A program made the position numbers and the translations under genes. A stretch of 64,000 nt of DNA. Origin: Utricularia gibba. Taxonomy: Eukaryota > Plantae > Magnoliophyta. Shown piece after piece: positions 1 to 10,930 of this stretch (position 1 is its first letter; each line of letters starts with the position of its first letter). Location of the stretch: assembly GCA_002189035.1 (NCBI GenBank), contig NEEC01000002.1, positions 1,364,001-1,428,000 on the forward strand. The letters are read 5' to 3'. The notes below the pieces were generated by a model. The model saw nothing but the letters and a program-made list of their open reading frames with translations. It made no database searches and was not told where the DNA came from.

Positions 1-460
1 CATAGCTCTCACTCGTGACCGTGAAAAAGATGCTGCAAGGATTAAGTCCCTCCTGGAGAAGGGGGAGCTCATCGTCTGCCCCGAGGGTACTACCTGCAGA
101 GAGCCGTATCTACTGAGATTCAGCGCATTGTTTGCAGAGCTAAGCGACAGGATTGTCCCGGTGGCTGTAAACATCAAGCAGAGCATGTTCCATGGAACAA
201 CAGTGCGTGGTGTCAAGTTCTGGGACGCATACTTCTACTTCATGAATCCACGGCCTACTTACGAGATCACATTCCTGGAGCGGCTGCCGGAGGAAATGAC
301 CTGCGGTGCCGGAAAATCAGCCATCGAAGTAGCGAACCATGTGCAGAGGGTCCTTGCTGCTTCATTAGGATTCGAATGCACCCAGTTGACGAGGAAGGAT
401 AAGTACATGCTTCTTGGTGGAAATGATGGTAAGGTGGAGTCCATGTACGGCAAAAAATGA
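1..460 (+). CDS. GPAT4/GPAT8: sn-2 glycerol-3-phosphate acyltransferase (GPAT4/6/8 clade), last exon; gene truncated by window start
   Basis: Frame from base 2 reads [55 protein letters not shown]...[13 protein letters not shown]...[13 protein letters not shown]...GGNDG, containing the acyltransferase block [10 protein letters not shown]; stop at 458-460. Confidence 0.93.
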   Translation, partial: IALTRDREKDAARIKSLLEKGELIVCPEGTTCREPYLLRFSALFAELSDRIVPVAVNIKQSMFHGTTVRGVKFWDAYFYFMNPRPTYEITFLERLPEEMTCGAGKSAIEVANHVQRVLAASLGFECTQLTRKDKYMLLGGNDGKVESMYGKK

Positions 461-929
461 AATGAAACTCTGCCCCCCTGCCCCCCTCTATGCTGCTGCT
501 ATTGTTCTCCTGAGTTTTCTCCTATTCATCAGACCACCCCCAACGCATTACATGTTAAAGCATGAACAGCTTGGTGTTCCTTCTTGACGTTGGTTTGATC
601 CAATTAGGACCTCTTCGCTTCGTTTCGAAACCATTACTTGGTACTTCCCCAAAATGCAAGAAATTTTCAACCTATGGCACATAATTCTCCAGTTCCTTCA
701 TGGAAAACAGATCCAGGAGTTCTTAACTGCCAAGGAAATGTAGCCTGAAGAAGGATCAGGATATTAGGTACTACAGCTGCTGTTATTCATGAAATGCAAA
801 TACATACAGGTGTCGGTCCCCTTAAGCAATAACATGTGTTTCCAACTTTATTCAACAACGATGCTGCTACTATTTAAAGGAAACTGCTAACCAACAAGTG
901 ATCAGCCAGCCTCCTGCTGCAGGTAGGAG

Positions 930-1762
930 TTAATTTGCAGATGCGCCATCCTCCGGTGGTGCGTCGGTGGCCGCGACGCCATCTGCCAAGAAAGCTGAGG
1001 GAATGAGACCGTGTTACATTTCTTCAAGTTTTTGAACTTCATAAGGCGATTCCGGTGTGAACGAATTCTCCATTGGTAATCAAATGCATTGATTCATGAA
1101 ACTTAAAAGCTTCAGAGATCTAGCAAACCTTCATCTCCTGATGGTGCGTAATGAGATTTACGGTATCTTGTTTGCTGCCGTGTTGGCTGGAAAATATTTC
1201 ACGGGAAACAACATATAAACAAGCCATCAACAGAATATGGCAACAAGAAGATACAGAAAGGGCGTGCTCTAGCTGGCCTACCTGTAACTTGGGTCTGAGA
1301 GCCTCCAGAGGTCCTTTAGGCTTTTCTACTCCTTGCTGAAGGCATGGAATATGGATTAAAAGGAATATCATGACCTCGAAACCCACATATATATACGCAG
1401 ACAGACCTTTCCCAGTGCCCAGTCAGCAGAATCAAAATAGGCGCGTTCATGATCCTGAAAAGAAATGGAAGTTCTTGGCATATAAGGCGTTCATGATCCT
1501 GAAGATAAGTTCTGTTACCTTTGATATCAGTGGTGGCTTTTTCGGCATTAATCCTCCATACTTCTTCTTCACTACTTCTTCCTGAAAGCCAGGAAAACCG
1601 ATAATCTTGGTGAAACATGGGAGAATAGTTAGTAGCAAGGAAGAACTAAAAAGCCCAAGATGTGAACACTACTTCCTGCTTAGTTAACTGTTCAGCCTTC
1701 TCAGCATCCTCCATGGCAACTTCCACTGCTTCTTCTTGTTTGATATCGTCAGAGCTCGACAT
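930..1762 (-). CDS. Endosulfine/ARPP19 (cAMP-regulated phosphoprotein 19-related) family protein, 6 coding exons; 5' UTR exon near 2180-2260
   Basis: Spliced translation MSSSDDIKQEEAVEVAMEDAEKAEQLTKQE|EEVVKKKYGGLMPKKPPLISK|DHERAYFDSADWALGK|QGVEKPKGPLEALRPKLQ|PTRQQTRYRKSHYAPSGDE|DGVAATDAPPEDGASAN*; GT-AG junctions at 1672/1582, 1518/1455 and donor 1406; plant ENSA motif FDSADW. Confidence 0.92.
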
Positions 1763-2339
1763 ATAAATGCCACAAGCAAACCAAATGGATTCACTGGAAA
1801 AAGCAAGGACAGTAAGCAGATGAGTATTCTGACATACAAGAAACTGATTTCCAACCTTTCTCAGCATCACAGACTGGGAAATTTTGTCAAGTTACGCCAA
1901 GGAACAAACACAAAAAAAAAAAAGAAAAGAAAATGAGAGGTTCTTAATGTGAATCTACTCCAAGATTTTCAGCAATCAAAGACACTAATCCCTCAGCAAC
2001 TAAGGACGGATCTCTCGTGTTCAGGAATGCGGTAGGGTAACCGAAAATCCAATCGCCAAAAATCAAATCGTGCAAAAGATTATTACAACCAACTGAGCAA
2101 CGATTTCATACACTTCATCATTCTAATCCCGAATCAACGAAGAGAAAACAAAAATATAAAGCGGAGGACTTTTACCTGAGAAATCAGCAAGTTCTCGTTT
2201 AGCTGCGCACAACTCAACGCGATCGAGAAGGTGAGAGGGTGGGATAGTTGAAACGACTCCTCACCCTTGCAGAATTATTCCATTTCCAGACAACTGTGCT
2301 TAGAAGGGAAGCTACCTCTTTAGCCGTAAAGTGACAGTT

Positions 2340-2795
2340 GTTGACCGTCAACTGTACTTCTACAGTATTGGGCCACCATTTCAGCCCAAATGAGAGTATA
2401 GCGTGCTTCCGGCCCAACTTGATGCAGCAATGAGACGTGTCTCTAGATGATTGGATACCGGCCCTCAATTACGGGGCAGGTACTGTGGGGTGGCACCCAC
2501 ACGGACTCCGCGCTTTTGTTTTCCCCGGTGCACTGTAAGCACGTGCACCGCCTTATCGCAGCCGCCCGATTCGCACTGATTTCCACAGCCGCACGATCTT
2601 CTTTAACCTAAAAGAATGAAGAAGCCACGGTCACGTGTACCCGCAATAAAAAACAAATATCGCATAGCTTTGTGTTGTCGCTGGGGCCCACTCACTCTAC
2701 TTTGACAATGTTAAAGTCAACCCATTGAAAATAAAAATTTTTAAAAAAGGTGAAGATAAAGAAGCCTGAATCCCAATCTCGACACCGAAAGTCAA
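2340..2795. promoter_or_regulatory. W-box cluster in the endosulfine/WRKY divergent intergenic region
   Basis: Palindromic GTTGACCGTCAAC at 2340-2352; AGTCAA (TTGACT on minus) at 2715 and 2790; G-box CACGTG near 2548 and 2632. Motif match only. Confidence 0.4.
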
Positions 2796-2847
2796 AGCAC
2801 TGAGCACCTTTCTCTGTTCGCTTCCTGGCTATCTCCACCGCCGGGAG

Positions 2848-3738
2848 ATGGACGACGCCGACGACGACTGGGATCTCCACGCCGTCGTTAGAAGCTGTTC
2901 CACAGCCACCACCGCAAACGGCGGGGCGTTACTCTCTGCTTCCACGCCGGTGTACCCCTTCTCGGAGCCCTGGTCCCAGAACCCCACAAACGAATGCCGC
3001 CGCTCAGAGGGCTTCGAGGATTTTCGCTTGCCGTTTGTCTGGGATGGCGGAGACCCGTGTCTGATGATACCTGATTCCCAGCACAATTCGTTACTTTCTC
3101 AAGAGATGAACAAACAGTCGCCTCAGCAAAAGCCGGCTGGTTCTGCAGTTAAGCGCTATAAGAAAAGGTTCGAATTCTTCGAAGCTCCTTCTGCTTGCCT
3201 CGTAACCAGCAAGTTCAATTGATTTCTGAGAATCCCTTCTCATTGTTCATTCAGGAAATGCATGACGAAGAAGCAGATTTGCCGCGTGGATGCAGGGGAG
3301 TTGTCTTCAGACCTTTGGAGCTGGAGAAAATACGGACAGAAACCGATTAAAGGGTCCCCTTTTCCCAGGTTGGTTAGCTTGAAATTTGATGGATTCATAA
3401 TGGGTTTTCAATGAAACTGACAAGAACATGTCTTGATTGAACAAGCAGAAGCTACTACAGATGCAGTTCATCGAAATTCTGTACAGCAAGAAAGCAGGTT
3501 GAGCGCGATAAATCAAATCCAGAGATCTTCCTAGTCACATACACAGCAGAGCACAATCATCCGCCTCCCAGCAACCGGAATTCACTCACAAAAATCCCGA
3601 TCGAAACCGGAGGAGATTGAGGACGGAGCTGACGTTTTCAGTTTCAGGAAAACTTTTGGTAAAGACGAACCGAGTTTCAATCCGGAGCCAACCTGTCCGG
3701 TTAACAGCGGCTCGGCCGCTATCTCCGGCGGCATTTGA
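2848..3738 (+). CDS. WRKY transcription factor group IIe (WRKY22/27/29-like), 3 exons, apparent frameshift near 3590
   Basis: N-terminal [12 protein letters not shown] motif; [18 protein letters not shown]|[38 protein letters not shown] with the intron inside the R codon. As assembled it stops at 3618-3620; a shifted frame continues to ...[11 protein letters not shown] at 3738, resembling the WRKY22 C-terminus. Confidence 0.9.
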
Positions 3739-3985
3739 GCGGAAGAGCTAATGGAAGGAATGGCTCTTCTCCCGGCCTGGTGTCGGCGGGGGCGAGGCTT
3801 CCTTTGGCAGCTGTAAAGCTTTACAGGATATTTATTCCTAATATTTATTAGATTATAATTAAAAATTAAAATCCGCGAGGCCGATGATGTGCATTTAATG
3901 AGCCCCGCTGTTTCGAGACCCCCGTATTAAATGCTATCAACCGCCAGCCCCCTCATTTACCATCCCAGCACCGCCCTCACCTCAG

Positions 3986-4617
3986 ATGGCTGTTGCTCCG
4001 CCACTCTCCTCCGTCAATGTCCGCCGTCCCACCGCCTCCTTTCGCCTACCTAGTGGCGAATTCCTCTCCCTCTCCTTCGCTGAAGTCAACGTAACTTCAA
4101 TCGGACTCGGATACGCTATCGCAATCGCCCTCGGATTCCTCGTCCTCTTCTCCACAATACTCCTTGGTTCCTACATCTGCTGCCGATCCGCCGTCTCCAG
4201 CCGACCTGAGCAGCCCGAGAGTCGCGAGTCCGACGAGAACAGCATCTATCTACCGCGAGTGATCTTCGTCGCTCAGGAGGACGAGGAAGATGACATCGAG
4301 GCTCGCAGCGTCGTCGTTGGGCTGGATCAGGCCGTGATTAATTCCTACCCGAAACTCGTTTTCTCGAAGAGGAACACCGGGAAATTGGGGACGAGACCAT
4401 CTGCTCGATATGCTTGTGCGAGTATAGGGAATCTGAGGCGCTGAGAATGTTGCCCGATTGCAGGCATTTTTTCCATGTCATGTGTATCGATGCGTGGCTG
4501 AAGCTCAACGCATCCTGCCCAGTTTGCCGGAACTCCCCGCTGCCGACCCCGGTGTCCACACCGCTCCAGGAAGTGGTGCCGCTTTCTCAGTACGCCGACG
4601 GCCGGCGACGGCGATAG
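3986..4617 (+). CDS. ATL-family RING-H2 E3 ubiquitin ligase (ATL67/68-like), intronless, frameshift near 4379-4384
   Basis: TM segment [31 protein letters not shown] motif ([15 protein letters not shown]), then in the next frame [55 protein letters not shown]. Confidence 0.9.
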
Positions 4618-4930
4618 CTAGTAGGGTTGAAATTGGGAATCGTTTGGGGGCCAGAATGTAATATTGGGCTTCCCTAGGGGTTGAACTGAAAAAAAAGCTT
4701 TTGTTTTTGTTTTTTAATATTCAGTGACATATATACTTCTCCAATCTTGTCTCCCAGCCGCCAATGGCAATTACCTATTCTGTCCATTTTCTCCCAACTT
4801 GCAAGAACGACCTCAGGGGCAAACCTGGCAACATCATTAAATAAGCTTCAAGGCTTCCATTTTGAAGTTGAACTTCTTTGCTGACAGCCTACACTTCTTT
4901 CTGTACAGAAACACCTTCTCCGGCGGAGAA

Positions 4931-6634
4931 TCATAGTTTTCCGAGGGGGGATTCTGAGGCATGATCATCCACAAGCCAGAGGTGATAATCCCGGAAGCGC
5001 TGGATCTTCTTCTCAAAACCAAGAATGTAGTTATTGTGGATGATGGCTTGCATCCCCTGGGTTTCTCTAGCCCACGTCTTGTTCTTGAAGTACAAACCAC
5101 CTGTGGGGAATGCTGTCTGAGGCAGGAGGTAAACGTCTACCTGTAGAGCATCATGGACAAGGGATGATGAGGAGCATAGCATTTCTGTGATTGGAGGATG
5201 CCTAGTTAAGCAAAGACATCCCTACCTGCCCAGATGTCTTGTTCAATGCCCAGTTGAAAGCGGGCTGGTCATTGGCTTTCTTAGCTCTAGACCATGGCTC
5301 CTCTTGCATTTCTTGAATCCACTTTCTCATGAGCAGCTTTGCCCCGGAGGTTGGTCGAAGATAGATCAAGCAGCTACAGATGTATGTCCGACCCTTCTTC
5401 CCGGGAGGCGGTAGATCATGAGAATGATTGAAAGGTTTCACCTGGAGTTCCCAGTGAGCAGAAAACATTCATCATAGAAGAAACAGGCAAATGACATGGG
5501 CTAAACTGAACCATAAATTTCAAGTCCAGAGTCAAGCACATTGCCACAACTAAAAACATGAAAACTCGGCTATGGGCTTCACATGCTTCTGCAAACCAAT
5601 CCCCTATGCAACAAAAATCATCGCGTAATAGAATTGAGAGTTAACTCCGGTACTTACAAAAGCCATGTCATCCATGAAGTAAGCATCATGCTCTCCTTCC
5701 ATGTAGGGAAAGAGATCAGCCAACCAGACCATATCAACATCGTTGTACAATACATTATACCCAAGCTCTAAGATCTGCAATAGATGCCTTGGTCTCCTGG
5801 CTGTAAAATTGAAAAATCCCTGCAGAAAACAGTGAGATGATTAAAGATAACCCTTTTTCCTATGAACACCTAAGCCTTAATGTTTGAGCTGTGGATTCAA
5901 ATTTGAGGTCAAAGTAGCAGGGCTAGATCTAGCAAAAGGAAAACGGAATCCACACTAACATTGGCTTAAGAACACACTGATTTTAACACTGAAACTTTCA
6001 AAAACAACAAAGCTGATAAGCTGCACTTCTCACAAAGAAGCCTCTTGTATCAAGAACTCAATACTTCTAGCAACTATCAGGTGTCGCGCATGAAATCTTA
6101 ACAAGATAGCAAGGAAACCACCAAGTGATTCACATGATTTACCTGTGAACCGAATTTATGAGCGGATGCAGCTTCTAGCGCCGGCGGTATCAACACAGCG
6201 TGCCCTGGCCACCGCTCGTTCACCTTATTAAGAGTAGCATAATCCTCAGCAATCACCAAAACTTTATCGTGATGCTTTTGCCTAGCAATACTTATAACCC
6301 AATTGTTCAAGAACTGCAAATAAGCCTCGCTGACAGCACACACGATCAGGGTATTGTTCTTAGCCACATAAGCCGCTGCGTCCCGCAGCGTGTACGCCTG
6401 CCACTTGGAAATCGCGCTCGGATTACTGATGGAAATCAAGGAAACCGGGGATTCTACATACGGAGATATAAAACCAGCAAAAATGAGTAACGTGAGCAGG
6501 ATCAAGAGAAAAGCGGAGCCGCGACTGAGAATTGTGGCACTTGGCTTCGGGGAAATCTGGGGGGATCGAGGAGATAAATCGCAGGATTCCTCTGAAGAAC
6601 TATGAAATGACCTCTGATACAGGAATGTCGACAT
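4931..6634 (-). CDS. RGXT/MGP4: Rhamnogalacturonan-II xylosyltransferase (UDP-Xyl:L-fucose alpha-1,3-xylosyltransferase, GT77), 4 exons
   Basis: FLNNWVISIARQKHHDKVLVIAEDYATL...WPGHAVLIPPALE...AHKFGSQ|GFFNFTARRPRHLLQILELGYNVLYNDVDMVW...|VKPFNHSHDLPPPGKKGRTYICSC...DQPAFNWALNKT|...LLPQTAFPTGGLYFKN...HNNYI...WLVDDHASESPLGKL*. Confidence 0.93.
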
Positions 6635-7059
6635 TAGAAGTGAAATTCGCCGCCGACGACGAGGCGGAGGAGATCTCAGGCGTAAAGGAGATCGGCGGGG
6701 TACAAATTTGGGCAGATAAAAGGCCTAAAATACTGGCCCAAGCCCATGTTTTAGAAACTAGCGTTGCATTTAATGTTCTTTACTCTCCGGCGATTGGTAC
6801 TTCGCATTTCTAATTTCTATCTATCACGTCACCGTTTTGCCGTCGCCGGCGGCGGCGCTCTCCTTGCCAACTCTGCCGATCCAGTTGGGCAGAGTTATAT
6901 GAAACCCAGGTCTCAATTTTCAACGAAAAAAGAAGCACAATAAGCAACGAGGTGAATACAAAGAGTTGGGTTGTTCAGTACAATTGTCACATATTCTAGA
7001 CGCCAACGACAGCCGGTTAGCCTTGAGCATCTGATTCTGCAATTCCTTCGAAGCCCACT

Positions 7060-7884
7060 TCAAGAGACCCCTCCCTGAATCGCCATTCTTTCTGAGATGT
7101 CTGCGAGAGATTTGAGATTGAAGTTGATAAGAACCTTCACAAAGTAACACGTTTCGTCTACTGTATTCCCTTCTGGGACATCCACCACAAACGACTCGAT
7201 GATCACCGTTCCCGGCTTCTCCGCCACCATCTCAGGATGTACAGTTGTTACAGACGCGTAATTCTGCCAAAAAAGAAAACAGTACAGTTACAGTTCGCCG
7301 ATTATTTCATCCCTGCTTTTTGTTTGGTTTTGATCGGAAGAAAAAGGGAAAACTTTGCTTACTTTTAGCTTGTGATCGCCCCCAACAAACTTGACACGAA
7401 GAATGCGCTCTTGGTCATCTAAAAGCTCCAATCTTTCTGTGCTGGTTGTAGCCGGAAGTCCTGATTTCACGTTCACTTTTCTGACAGTCCCGATCTTGAC
7501 ATCTCCATTCACAGTGCAGTTGCTGATGAACGGCTTGTATTTCTGCGGCTGATCAAATCTCCTGACTAAAGACCAAACCTGAAACATCAAGAAGACCGAA
7601 ACTTGTAATGATTTTGAAGCTTTGACAACCAGAAGGATCAAATCCCCTCTTTGGACTTGGGCAAAACTCAGATCACAGAACCAAAAGTTGGGAATTTGAT
7701 ACCCATGAGCGGTACTCACGATCAGCCACAAGTTCTATTAATCTTTAAAGAAAAAAACAGGCCAGAAGATAGAAGGAGAGATTACGATGTCAACAGGAGC
7801 CTTGATGTGCTTGATAACCAAAGAGGAGCACTGATCCGCTCTGGGCTGATGCTTGTGGTACCTATTTACAAGCTCGGCCTCCAT
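7060..7884 (-). CDS. PYL: ABA receptor PYL8/PYL9/PYL7-like (START-like domain), 3 exons
   Basis: MEAELVNRYHKH...QCSSLVIKHIKAPVDI|VWSLVRRFDQPQKYKPF...VNVKSGLPATTSTERLELLDD...GGDHKLK|NYASVTTVHPE...IIESFVVDVPEGNT..ETCYFVKVLINFNLKSLADISER; gate SGLPA present. Confidence 0.93.
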
Positions 7885-9299
7885 TTTTTTCTTCCTCTTC
7901 TCCTCCAGAAACAAGGACTTCAAACACCCCTTTTCGGCTAAAATACCAGAATCAGAAAACAGGGGAAGGACTTAGTAAACTCGGTGTCTTCAGCTTCAAC
8001 AGGTCAACGTGCTGCAGAAACTTTGACTTGAAAAGTTATCGCCTCACCATAGTGGAGAGCCTGCAGGGTGCATGTCACCATGTCTCTGTCCTGCAATAAA
8101 ACTTGATGTGAAAAAAAATACCTTATGTGAGTTGTCCTTTTCAGGATTCACCGACAAAGCCCCACTCATAAATGCAGAAAAGGCCACTAAAATTGACAAA
8201 TCGCATCTGCAACAACCACTAGGCATCTTCTTGCCTGTTTCACCTCAAAAAGCTTCAAAATGCACATATTTTCCAAACTTTAATATCCAGTAGCACTGAT
8301 AATTAGAAACCCGGAGGTTCAGAATACCAAAAATACAGATAACAAAATGGCATAAAAGATATGTTTTTGTACATAAATGCTAGTTTAGAAAATGAGTGCC
8401 CAGTCAAAGCTAGGAAGATATGATCAATCTCAAAATTTACACAGGACTGTAGGGGGGCCATCTTGGTGAAGGAACACAATTGTTTGACTCCCTGTCGAAA
8501 GATATATAATTACTCTGGCAAATTAGGAGATGGGATGTGGATATCCAAACCCAGGTAGCTTTCAATGACAACCAAAAGCAATAGCTACTACACAAGGGAA
8601 AAAGAAATGAAGCACTTTTTCAGAGCAAGTGAAAGCAGCAATTGAGCACATGGGTATGGATGATAGAGCTCTGCACTTTTTTAATAACACTCCATGTTCC
8701 AAACACTTGCTACACAGGGATTAGCATCTTTTAAACGAGTATTTGAATGAAGCCCTGACGTATTGACAGATTGTGTGAAAAACTATCCGACAGTCAAGCC
8801 TGGTAAGAACACGAGGTTCAGCGGCCTAAAGGAGCTGAAGCAAAAGCAGACTATTGCAGTGGAAAAAACAAATTTGGCTCAAGGGTATGCGGTGTCAGCT
8901 GGCTGGCAATTTTATTGCAAGAGAATGGCACAACGAGCGGTTGGGCAGCACAACTACACAATCGAGAGCAAACCGGCCCTCTCCTAATGATCAGGGCCAA
9001 CTTCGCTGAAAACTAACAGCCAGCTCAAAACCACCAAGCACCAACTCTTTCACAGCGCAGCTGCATCCAACAACAGCCCTTTCTGGTACTGCAAAGGAAA
9101 AACAGTACTTCAATCGCCAGGAGCAATAAAAGTGAGCAAACATATTTACAAAGTAAACACGGTGTGTGGAAAGTTAAATACTCTTCATCTACATTATTTA
9201 TTAAAAAGAAGGTCCTAGCGGAAATCGGGAATCACGTCAGAAAATAATACAACTGATAAATGATTTTCATCTCCGTACATATACTTAAGTACCTTCTAT

Positions 9300-10930
9300 T
9301 ATATATGGTGATCAAATTCCCTGGCTCCACTCCTCTCATTTAAGTGCAGCTGCTCTTCTGTACAAGGGAAGCATATAGGTCCCAAAGAACAAAACTCAAG
9401 CTGTTCACCACCACACTCGGCATTTTTATGGATAAAACACCACCACTAGTGGAACAGACCCATCAGCATTTGGATTGATTGCAACTAAAGGATAACTGTT
9501 GTCATTAACATTTTGAGAGCCATTTTGGCCAGATATTGCGCAAATGGAGCCATTCTAAAGCAGGTAAGATGTTAGGGATTCATGCCTGTATGAGTTCCAT
9601 GAATTTTCTATCCTGCAATATCTGGCCAAAATGTATAGATTTTATTCCATGACTGAAATATAGCACTAATGACTTCCACTAAATTAGTGTAAGCAGAAAA
9701 CAAGGTACAAAAGTATCCTTACAGGATTTGGGAGGTAAGTTCCAGTCCCAGCGCTATATTTCAGCACAGCATCAATATGCTGCTGATACATATTTGGGAG
9801 CCTACTCGAGACTGGTTGGAGAGGAGTAACAGGAGCCATATGCCGACCATAACTTGCCATACATTGAGATAGATTCATGCCGGTGGAAGGTGGTCTACCA
9901 GAGCTTCGTAAGGAAGTTGAGAGAACCAAACAGGAGGGAACATTACATGCGAACAGTGCACCAAAGGTCCAGGGTAAGGTGGATTTGGGCAGAATCTACC
10001 TAACTGTAGATTTTTCCAATGACTAGCAAAATCACTGTTTAGGATATCAGCCTCATCTTTTCAGATGTCTCAAAAGTTCTCACGCACATAGAACTGGAAT
10101 GACTTGAAAAGTCTTGCTCATTGAAATTCTTCTTGGATCCATTGGTATCTGAGCCTTCCTCGTATGCAAAATGGCCACTTGGTGAATTAGAATTTTTTTG
10201 TCTATGTTATAAAGGAAGCATTGTAAAAAAGGGAATCGGGGGACCCGTTGGATAGAAAGCAATCAGGCCAGAACTATCATTGGGTTTTTTCTTGAACAAG
10301 AACCAATGAGCACGGGACTAAAGGGCATCATAGAATCCGCACCATTAGGTTGAGAAACATCAAGGCCAGAAGTCTGGTGTCTAGGAACCTGCAAGGACTC
10401 AACATTGTCAATCTGTGAATGCATTTCTGTGATTTCACCCATATTGGATGATGACACCCATCCCTGTTCGTCAGACTCAGTATGACTGGGCAGATGTTGA
10501 GACATGACTTTTCCCTTGCCCCGAGCAGGTCGTTGATCTACAGAAACTATTTTTTTGAGTCTGTTTTGTATGGAGAATTTAGGCGCATACAACTTCGAGG
10601 TTCACTAATCTTTCTTCCACAAAAAAGTCACCGCCTACATCATCGAGGTTCGACAATCTATCAATATTTCGTCCCGCAGAACCACCACCTTCCCTCATAT
10701 TCCTCTGCTGAGTTTTCAGAGCACCTCCAGGATCACTTTGACGAGATGGAGGGAAATATTTCAAACCTGAAACAGACGGTTGTGATTTATGATCAATCAC
10801 GAGCACGTCACCATTTCATTGTCAAGCTCGTAGGCACTTGATGATAAAACACCTTCCTCCTTCAATAAATCATCATCAACATCAACAGGATTCGCCTCCT
10901 CCAGGAGATCGTCGAATCACAGAACCAGAA
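9300..10930 (-). pseudogene. Decayed C-terminal part of a plant nucleotidyltransferase-family gene (At3g61690-like, recalled); catalytic domain absent
   Basis: Recognisable blocks in shifting frames: GKGKVMSQH..VPRHQTSG..SMMPFSPVLIGS; NDSSGLIAFYPTGPPIPFFTMLP; DILNSDFASHWKNLQLGRFC; SAGTGTYLPNP; SYPLVAINP..VVVFYP; EQLEFCSLGP. At least four frameshifts (near 10285, 10200-10215, 10060, 9915) and an in-frame TAG at 9555-9557. Confidence 0.72.
9521..9633. repeat. Perfect 19-bp inverted repeat with 75-nt spacer
   Basis: CATTTTGGCCAGATATTGC (9521-9539) is the exact reverse complement of GCAATATCTGGCCAAAATG (9615-9633). Confidence 0.9.

Noticed and set aside
1407-1454. FDSADW instead of the animal FDSGDY Greatwall site
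   Set aside because: Standard motif for plant endosulfines.
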